Shown piece after piece: positions 57,607-64,000 of a stretch of DNA of 64,000 bases. Source of the DNA: Alphaproteobacteria bacterium (GTDB taxonomy: Bacteria; Pseudomonadota; Alphaproteobacteria; Rs-D84); assembly GCA_017962125.1 (NCBI GenBank), contig JAGCVZ010000002.1, positions 4,492-68,491 of the forward strand. Reading direction: 5' to 3'. Each line of letters starts with the position of its first letter. The stretch's first letter is position 1. The position numbers were made by a program, and so were the translations under genes. The notes beneath the pieces were generated by a model that saw only the letters and a program-made list of their open reading frames with translations, made no database searches and had not been told where the DNA came from.

Positions 57607-59445
57607 CTATAATGTTTCATCTTTTCCGCGGGCGAGTTTTTTACGCTTTCCGCTGTCTAATTCTTTCTTGCGCAGGCGGATTGTTGCGGGCGTTACTTCT
57701 ACTAATTCATCGTCTTGGATGTATGACAACGCTTCTTCTAATGACATTTTACGTGGCGGTGCAAGGAACAATTTTTCATCGGCCGTTACACTGCGGACGT
57801 TGGTAAGTTCTTTACCCTTTATTGGATTTACTTCCAAGTCGTTTTCTTTGCTGTGTTCGCCGATAATCATACCAGAATAAACCTCGGTTTGAGGGCCAAC
57901 AAATAGGACACCGCGCGGTTCAAGGTTATGCAATGCGTATGTTGCCGTTACACCATTTTCCATAGAAACCAAAACACCTGGACGATATTGAACAATTGGA
58001 CCGCGATATGGACCGTATTTATCAAACACGCGATTCATAATCCCTGTGCCACGTGTATCGGTTCTGAATTCCGAAAGGTATCCGATAAGTCCGCGTGATG
58101 GTGCAGAAAAAACAATACGTGTTTTTCCGCCACCGGACGCCTTCATTTCGGTAATCGTTGCCTTGCGCTTGGTCATTTTTTCAATAACAACGCCACTGAA
58201 TTCATCATCAACGTCAACAACGACTTCTTCGATTGGTTCCAAAGTTTCGCCGTTTTCTCCAGTGTGCATAACAACGCGTGGACGCGACACCGAAAGTTCA
58301 AAACCTTCGCGACGCATCGTTTCGATTAAAATTCCAAGTTGTAATTCGCCACGACCGGAAACTTCGAAAGATTCTTTGTTTTCACTTTGTGTGACTTTTA
58401 GTGCGATATTCGTTTCGGCCTCTTTGAATAAACGTTCGCCAATCATGCGCGATGTAAGTTTTTTACCGCTTTTTCCAGCAAGTGGTGATGTGTTCACGAA
58501 AAACGTCATGGTAAGGGTTGGGGGATCAATGGGCATCGCCGGAATTGGTTCTGTAACTTCGGGAGCGCAGAGCGTGTCCGCCACAGTTGCTTTGCTGAAC
58601 CCGGCAACAACGACAATGTCGCCTGCTGATGCGCTTTCACGGGAAATTTTTTCAATTCCACGATGTTCAATAATTTTCGTGATTTTGGCGTTTTCTATAA
58701 ATTCGCCCTGCATATTTATTGCCTTTACACTTTGCCCAACGTGCACAGTCCCAGATTCAATTTTTCCCGTTAAAATGCGCCCTACATACGGGTCTGATTC
58801 CAAAGTTGTTGCAAGCATAGTGAATGGTGCGTCCAGTTGACAGCGCGAGCAATTGCAATCCGGTGCCGGCACATGGTCAACAATCAATTGGAACAGTGGG
58901 GTTAAATCTTTGTGTTCGTCATTCAAATCGCGTACCGCCCAACCGTCGCGCCCAACCGCGTATAAATATGGAAAATCAAGTTGCGCATCGTCCGCGCCAA
59001 GTTTATCAAACAGGTCAAATGTTTCGGATAAAACTTCGTCTGGGCGTGCATCGTTGCGGTCAACCTTGTTAATGCAAACAATAGGACGCAGTCCTAATTT
59101 TAATGCCTTGGATAATACGAATTTTGTTTGGGGCAGGGGGCCTTCGGCACTGTCAACAAGCAGTACAACACCGTCAACCATTGATAAAATACGTTCTACT
59201 TCGCCACCAAAGTCTGCGTGACCCGGTGTATCCACAATGTTTATTTTGTAATCATGCCACAAAACCGATGTTGGCTTTGCGGAAATAGTGATTCCGCGTT
59301 CGCGTTCAATGTCCCCACTGTCCATAACGCGGTCTTCAACGTGCTCATTTTCGCGGAACGTTCCCGCCTGTTTCAGCATGTTATCAACCAAGGTTGTTTT
59401 TCCATGGTCAACGTGCGCAATAATAGCAATATTACGAATCTTCAT
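57607..59445 (-). CDS. typA: Translational GTPase TypA/BipA
   Basis: AHVDHGKTT, ERGITI, DTPGHADFGGEVER, GRGELQL. Confidence 0.98.
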   Translation of the reverse strand: MKIRNIAIIAHVDHGKTTLVDNMLKQAGTFRENEHVEDRVMDSGDIERERGITISAKPTSVLWHDYKINIVDTPGHADFGGEVERILSMVDGVVLLVDSAEGPLPQTKFVLSKALKLGLRPIVCINKVDRNDARPDEVLSETFDLFDKLGADDAQLDFPYLYAVGRDGWAVRDLNDEHKDLTPLFQLIVDHVPAPDCNCSRCQLDAPFTMLATTLESDPYVGRILTGKIESGTVHVGQSVKAINMQGEFIENAKITKIIEHRGIEKISRESASAGDIVVVAGFSKATVADTLCAPEVTEPIPAMPIDPPTLTMTFFVNTSPLAGKSGKKLTSRMIGERLFKEAETNIALKVTQSENKESFEVSGRGELQLGILIETMRREGFELSVSRPRVVMHTGENGETLEPIEEVVVDVDDEFSGVVIEKMTKRKATITEMKASGGGKTRIVFSAPSRGLIGYLSEFRTDTRGTGIMNRVFDKYGPYRGPIVQYRPGVLVSMENGVTATYALHNLEPRGVLFVGPQTEVYSGMIIGEHSKENDLEVNPIKGKELTNVRSVTADEKLFLAPPRKMSLEEALSYIQDDELVEVTPATIRLRKKELDSGKRKKLARGKDETL

Positions 59446-59566
59446 GTTTTAGCCTTTTTTGCCCTAAGAGCATAGATTACACTATATTTTGGATTTTTCA
59501 AATAAAAAATTTGATTTTGTCAAAATTTTGGAGTAAAATCGTCCGGGCTGAGCCAAAGGATTAAAG

Positions 59567-60430
59567 ATGCCAAAGAATTATGACAAGATGATTGCGGATG
59601 CAACTCATAGAATCGCGAATTATTATCAGACTAAGCTTATACAGAATGCGGGGAAATATTCTGCGGATATGTGTGAACAGATGTATAAGGATGCAAAGGA
59701 GATGCATGATAGTGCCAATGATGTGAATTGGTATATAAACTATGGCTGGTATAAGATAACCATGCAAGTGTATAGTCTGGATAGGGATGTGTGCAACAAA
59801 GTAGCAAGACCATTTTTCAATGCGGCTCGGGAATATATGGTGCACAAGCAAGGTAAATTCGGGGTCTATGATACTGATGAACAGAAAGTGGATACGGCAA
59901 TAGAGAAACTTTATGCAAAAATTGGTGAAAAAAACCAAACATTAGAGGAAAATTCAAAACAAAGACCAATTGATTATGTTGCAACTATTTCTGATACGGT
60001 CGAAAAACTTACAAAGTTTTATGAAATAAAATTGGAAAAGATTAAAGACAAAATATCCGAAGAGAAATATAAAGAGTTTATCAAAGAACTAGATACTTTG
60101 CGTGTTGGCGCTAACATCGAAAGTGAACAGTACTATCTTGGGGCGAATTATGGTTGGATGAGCGCGGTTGGATTGATGAATTTAGATTACAATATGCGCC
60201 AAGTTGCAGAAAAATTCTTTAACGCTGTCAAACAATATGTTAACTCAAAAGCACAAGGTTTAGATGTTTCGAAAAGCGAACAGGAAATTATGCGTTCTGT
60301 TAAAGTGATAAATTTGAAAATTGGTGGTGAAATGTTTATTGGTTTGAAAGATTTGTTCTTGTCGGAATCGCATTTTATGACACGGTGTGACCTTTCAGAA
60401 TGTGTTGCAAGGCTTAACAAAAAAAGGTAG
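59567..60430 (+). CDS. Hypothetical protein with internal duplication
   Basis: Two ~120-aa halves share NYGW, VA..FFNA, EQ and KIG. Confidence 0.7.
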   Translation: MPKNYDKMIADATHRIANYYQTKLIQNAGKYSADMCEQMYKDAKEMHDSANDVNWYINYGWYKITMQVYSLDRDVCNKVARPFFNAAREYMVHKQGKFGVYDTDEQKVDTAIEKLYAKIGEKNQTLEENSKQRPIDYVATISDTVEKLTKFYEIKLEKIKDKISEEKYKEFIKELDTLRVGANIESEQYYLGANYGWMSAVGLMNLDYNMRQVAEKFFNAVKQYVNSKAQGLDVSKSEQEIMRSVKVINLKIGGEMFIGLKDLFLSESHFMTRCDLSECVARLNKKR

Positions 60431-60435
60431 TAAAA

Positions 60436-60924
60436 ATGGGAAAAAATTTAAACGATAGTTTTGAACAGGATGTCAAAGAAAGTTTGCAACTTTTGTATTC
60501 TGTGTTAGATAAAAAATCAAAAAGGGTTGATCCGCAAAATTACGCTATTTGCAGGCAATATGTAGTGTTTTTAAAAAGTGTTGCGAACAATCCTCGTATG
60601 TATTGTAAGCCGGGGAAAGAGTTTGATAAAAATACTGAAAAGTTAAGCTTTTTTGTGCGAAGTGACTACCCATTAGTTAATGTGGATGAACGCGCCGCAC
60701 AAAGTGTTTATGATATAATGATTTGCATGCGTGATTATATTATACACTATACTGAATCGGACAATTCTAAATATGAATGTAAATATAAATCAAAACAAGA
60801 AGCAATCAATGCAATGCGTTTGTTTAAACGTGATTCCATAGAGATGACAGGTGGTATGATTCCATATGTTGCACGAAATCTGATGCAGAAATTACGTGAT
60901 TCTATGTTGTGTCACAAGAAATAA
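60436..60924 (+). CDS. Hypothetical protein
   Basis: 162-aa ORF followed by a terminator. Confidence 0.65.
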   Translation: MGKNLNDSFEQDVKESLQLLYSVLDKKSKRVDPQNYAICRQYVVFLKSVANNPRMYCKPGKEFDKNTEKLSFFVRSDYPLVNVDERAAQSVYDIMICMRDYIIHYTESDNSKYECKYKSKQEAINAMRLFKRDSIEMTGGMIPYVARNLMQKLRDSMLCHKK

Positions 60925-60928
60925 AGAT

Positions 60929-60954
60929 ACCGCCCATTTGGGCGGTTGTTTTTT
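60929..60954. terminator. Terminator between convergent genes
   Basis: ACCGCCCA-T-TGGGCGGT stem followed by a T tract. Confidence 0.7.
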
Positions 60955-62233
60955 AGTGCTTTCCACCAATTTTTGTTCGCCCGCCCATTAACGGTTGGAG
61001 TTTTTTCGGAATGTTCACAGAACCATCGGCGTTTTGGTGGTTTTCAATTATTGGTACCAATGCACGGGGCACGGCGATTCCAGTATTGTTTAATGTCGCA
61101 ACAAATTTTACTTCGCCTGTTGCGTTTTCGCGATAGCGTGTGTTGGTGCGGCGTGCCTGGAACTGACCAATCGATGAACAAGAACCCAATTCCCGATACG
61201 CATTTTCTGATGGGAACCATGCTTCGACGTCGTTCATTTTTACTTTGTTAAAACCCATGTCGCCGGTGGAATTTGCAATTACGCGATATGGTAATTCAAA
61301 ATCGCCCACAACTTCGCACAGGTTGTTTAACAAAAATTCATGCATTTCGTCGCTTTCTTCGGGACGACAGAAAATATATTGTTCCACTTTGTCAAAATGG
61401 TGAAAACGAACCAGTCCGCGTGTGTCGCGACCAGCGGCACCCGCCTCTTTACGGAAACATGTGGAAAATCCAGCATATTTTATTGGTAATTTGTTTTCAG
61501 GTAAAATTTCATCAGCATGCATAGAGTTTAAAATTATTTCTGCGGTTCCCGCCAAACAACGGTCTGTTTCCGCCAGCATGAAAACATCATCATTCATAAC
61601 CGACAAATCCGAACCCATGAAATGGCCTGCATTGAATATAGTTTGTGGTTTCGTAACAGGTGGACATTCAATATATTTGAAACCTTTACTAATCAATTTT
61701 TGAATTACATATGTTTGAATTGCTAGTGATAATTCTGCCAATTCACCACACAGACAATATGTGCGTGTGCCACAAATTTCTGCGATTTTTTCTGGCATCC
61801 ACCATCCGTTCATATCCAACAATTCCCACTGGGGCCGTGGCGTGAAATCGAATTTGCGTGGTGTGCCGACCCGGCGCACTTCCACATTGGCGGAATCGTC
61901 TGCGCCAATGGGTGCATCGCTTGACGGAATTTGTGGAACGCGGTGCAAAAGGTCGTTTAACTTTGCTTCTTTTTCTGCAAGTTCTGCCAAATCATTTGCA
62001 ATCTCGATGCCGATTTGTTTTGATTTTGCAATCAATGGTGCCTTGTCTGTTGCGGTTGGAATTTCGCGCGAAATTTTATTCTTTTCTGCGGTTTTCGTTT
62101 GTGTGATTGTCTTTAATTCGCGAACGCGCACATCGAGGGATAAAATGTCATCGACAACATCCGGAAAGTTTTTTACGCGACATGCGTTCTTTACGACATC
62201 TGGGTTTTCACGAATAAATTTCATATCCAACAT
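60953..62233 (-). CDS. serS: Serine--tRNA ligase
   Basis: MLD, GTAE, CFRKEAG..G.DTRGLVR, FDKVE, ELGSCS, TLNNTG. Confidence 0.97.
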   Translation of the reverse strand: MLDMKFIRENPDVVKNACRVKNFPDVVDDILSLDVRVRELKTITQTKTAEKNKISREIPTATDKAPLIAKSKQIGIEIANDLAELAEKEAKLNDLLHRVPQIPSSDAPIGADDSANVEVRRVGTPRKFDFTPRPQWELLDMNGWWMPEKIAEICGTRTYCLCGELAELSLAIQTYVIQKLISKGFKYIECPPVTKPQTIFNAGHFMGSDLSVMNDDVFMLAETDRCLAGTAEIILNSMHADEILPENKLPIKYAGFSTCFRKEAGAAGRDTRGLVRFHHFDKVEQYIFCRPEESDEMHEFLLNNLCEVVGDFELPYRVIANSTGDMGFNKVKMNDVEAWFPSENAYRELGSCSSIGQFQARRTNTRYRENATGEVKFVATLNNTGIAVPRALVPIIENHQNADGSVNIPKKLQPLMGGRTKIGGKH

Positions 62234-62245
62234 TTTTTATCCTTT

Positions 62246-63151
62246 TTATTGTGCGTTTGCATTAAGGTATGCGATTGCGTCCATCGCTGCAGTACAGCCT
62301 GTGCCGACCGCCGTTGCAATTTGCATTTTTATATTCGAATGAACATCACCCGCGACAAACATCCCCTGTGGCAGGTTTTCCGGTGCAAGTCTTCCAAGGT
62401 CATCGCGCTTTATATCCTCGCTTAGATAATCGGTGTTTGCTTCGTGCCCAATCGCAACAAAAATTCCGTCACAAATTATTTGTTCGTTATTTGTTGTTGT
62501 TGCAACAAGCTCGCCACTTTCGGAATTTGGTCGCGCGGATATAGATTTTAATTCAGTGTTAAAAACACATTCAATATTAGGCTTTTCCGCAACGCGGTCG
62601 CGAATGATTGCTTCGGCGCGGGTAAATGCAGATTTGCGATAAACGATTTTTACGGTTTTTGCAATATCCGCCAAATACAATGCATCATTCAACGCGGTGT
62701 TTCCGCCACCGATAACAAGAACTGTTTTCCCGCTATAGAAAAATCCATCACATGTTGCGCAATACGAAACGCCACGACCAAAGAATTCGCGTGCACCGGC
62801 GATTTCAAGTTTTCGGGGACTGGCCCCCGTCGCCAAAATAACGGCGCGCGCGTCGTATTTTTTTCCGTGTGTATCAGTCAGTGTAAACGTATTGTTTTCG
62901 CCATTTTCAATATGAGAAACAGTGTTCATTTCAATTTTTGCACCGAAAGATTCCGCCTGGGACTTCATAAATTGAATAAGTTCGAATCCAGAACCTTTAA
63001 ATCCTGGGTAATTTTCAAGTGTTGCAATTCCCGCGGTTTGTCCCCCAAGTGTATCACCCCCCATAACAAGAGTGTTTTTGTTTGCGCGTCCGCAATATAA
63101 TGCCGCGGTCAATCCGGCTGGCCCAGAACCTAAAATAATAACGTCATACAT
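62246..63151 (-). CDS. trxB: Thioredoxin reductase
   Basis: GSGPAG, ENYPG, GVSYCATCDG, GGGNTA, AGD. Confidence 0.95.
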   Translation of the reverse strand: MYDVIILGSGPAGLTAALYCGRANKNTLVMGGDTLGGQTAGIATLENYPGFKGSGFELIQFMKSQAESFGAKIEMNTVSHIENGENNTFTLTDTHGKKYDARAVILATGASPRKLEIAGAREFFGRGVSYCATCDGFFYSGKTVLVIGGGNTALNDALYLADIAKTVKIVYRKSAFTRAEAIIRDRVAEKPNIECVFNTELKSISARPNSESGELVATTTNNEQIICDGIFVAIGHEANTDYLSEDIKRDDLGRLAPENLPQGMFVAGDVHSNIKMQIATAVGTGCTAAMDAIAYLNANAQ

Positions 63152-63212
63152 GTAAAAAATCCTTTTTGTGGATTATAACATAACACAAGTATGATAAATG
63201 TGCCATAAAAAA

Positions 63213-63710
63213 TTATTGTTTGCCGAAATGCTTTTTTAGTGTTTGATATGCGGCGGAAATTTTTGCAAATTCGGTGCCGGTTGAATCGGAATTTTTCGCT
63301 GTGTCTGGGTGGTGTTTCTTTGCAAGCGCACGATATTTTGCCCCAATTTCGCGCCATGATGCGGTAATCGGCAACTCAAGCGTTTTGAATGCCGCAATAA
63401 TTGATGATGGCAAAGATTTTTTTGGTGGCATTTTATCGAATGTAGAACGGCCACTAATAAAGTCATTAAGGAATTTTATGTAATCGGCGCTATCTTGGGA
63501 TGAACGTTTGCCAATCGGGCTACCAAAAGTTTGTTTTTCCCAATCTTCTTCGATTTCATCAGCAGACATGTTTGCATAATAGTTCCAATTTTTATTGTAT
63601 TCGGCGGCGTGTTCTTTACAAAAGCACCAGTATTCTTTTAGGTCGCGTGTTTTTGGTGCGCGGCAAGTGCCCGCTTTAGTGCAACCTGGAAAATCACATT
63701 TTTTAATCAT
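63213..63710 (-). CDS. J-domain (DnaJ-like) protein with N-terminal Cys/His motif
   Basis: CDFPGC...RAPK...FCKEH...YN..WNY; C-terminal HPD; start at MIKKC. Confidence 0.88.
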   Translation of the reverse strand: MIKKCDFPGCTKAGTCRAPKTRDLKEYWCFCKEHAAEYNKNWNYYANMSADEIEEDWEKQTFGSPIGKRSSQDSADYIKFLNDFISGRSTFDKMPPKKSLPSSIIAAFKTLELPITASWREIGAKYRALAKKHHPDTAKNSDSTGTEFAKISAAYQTLKKHFGKQ

Positions 63711-64000
63711 GCTTGCATCCTTTGGTTTCTGAAAGTGGGTGGTGTTGTTCAACAACTTGTTGTAATTTCTCTGGTAACACATGTGTATATATTTGTGTTG
63801 TTGATATATCTTCGTGTCCAAGCATTGTTTGTATTGCCCTTAGGTTTGCGCCATGTGATAATAAATGGGACGCAAAGGAATGTCGCAGAACATGTGGACC
63901 AACACGTGAAGGCGAAATCCCCGCGAGTGTTGCACACTTTTTTAGTATTTTAAAAAAACCGTCACGCGTGATATGTCCAGATGCACTATGCGATGGAAAT
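63703..64000 (-). CDS. xerD: Tyrosine recombinase XerD, C-terminal part (truncated by window; absent from ORF track)
   Basis: Minus-strand translation [55 protein letters not shown]. Confidence 0.88.
   Translation of the reverse strand, partial: FPSHSASGHITRDGFFKILKKCATLAGISPSRVGPHVLRHSFASHLLSHGANLRAIQTMLGHEDISTTQIYTHVLPEKLQQVVEQHHPLSETKGCKHD

Noticed and set aside
58046-58840. 264-aa antisense ORF
   Set aside because: Shadow frame of typA.
63845-63880. c-di-GMP-I riboswitch (GGGACGCAAAG) or ncRNA at the window end
   Set aside because: The sequence is the antisense of the xerD coding region (RHSFASHLL); the upstream GGCAAA element is absent.

Overview
64 kb of a low-GC, gene-dense bacterial chromosome. 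The housekeeping genes (GapR/DUF2312, alphaproteobacterial-type addB, LpoA-like, secB, mltA, xerD) point to a genome-reduced alphaproteobacterium; a gut-associated Rs-D84/'Ca. Enterousia'-like lineage is my inference, not a database result. Most of the window is core genes in scrambled order, interspersed with lineage-specific secreted proteins. Main signal: 14.4-19.3 kb, directly downstream of tRNA-Gln(TTG), is a tandem array of about five single-gene cassettes. Their junctions follow one grammar: a ~51-bp AGTTCGAAAGT-N28-30-ACTTTCGAACT palindrome, a terminator-like hairpin, then a TGGTTG core identical to the tRNA-Gln 3' end. Two cassettes are also bracketed by perfect 23-26 bp inverted repeats, and no cognate recombinase gene lies nearby. 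This looks like a tRNA-anchored, integron-like cassette-accretion system, possibly driven by a serine recombinase. Other highlights: an in-frame FtsA-Rpe fusion, an RND pump lacking the canonical proton-relay residues, small ORFs inserted with a duplicated fmt 3' end, REP/REPIN-like elements and a 6S-like RNA candidate.
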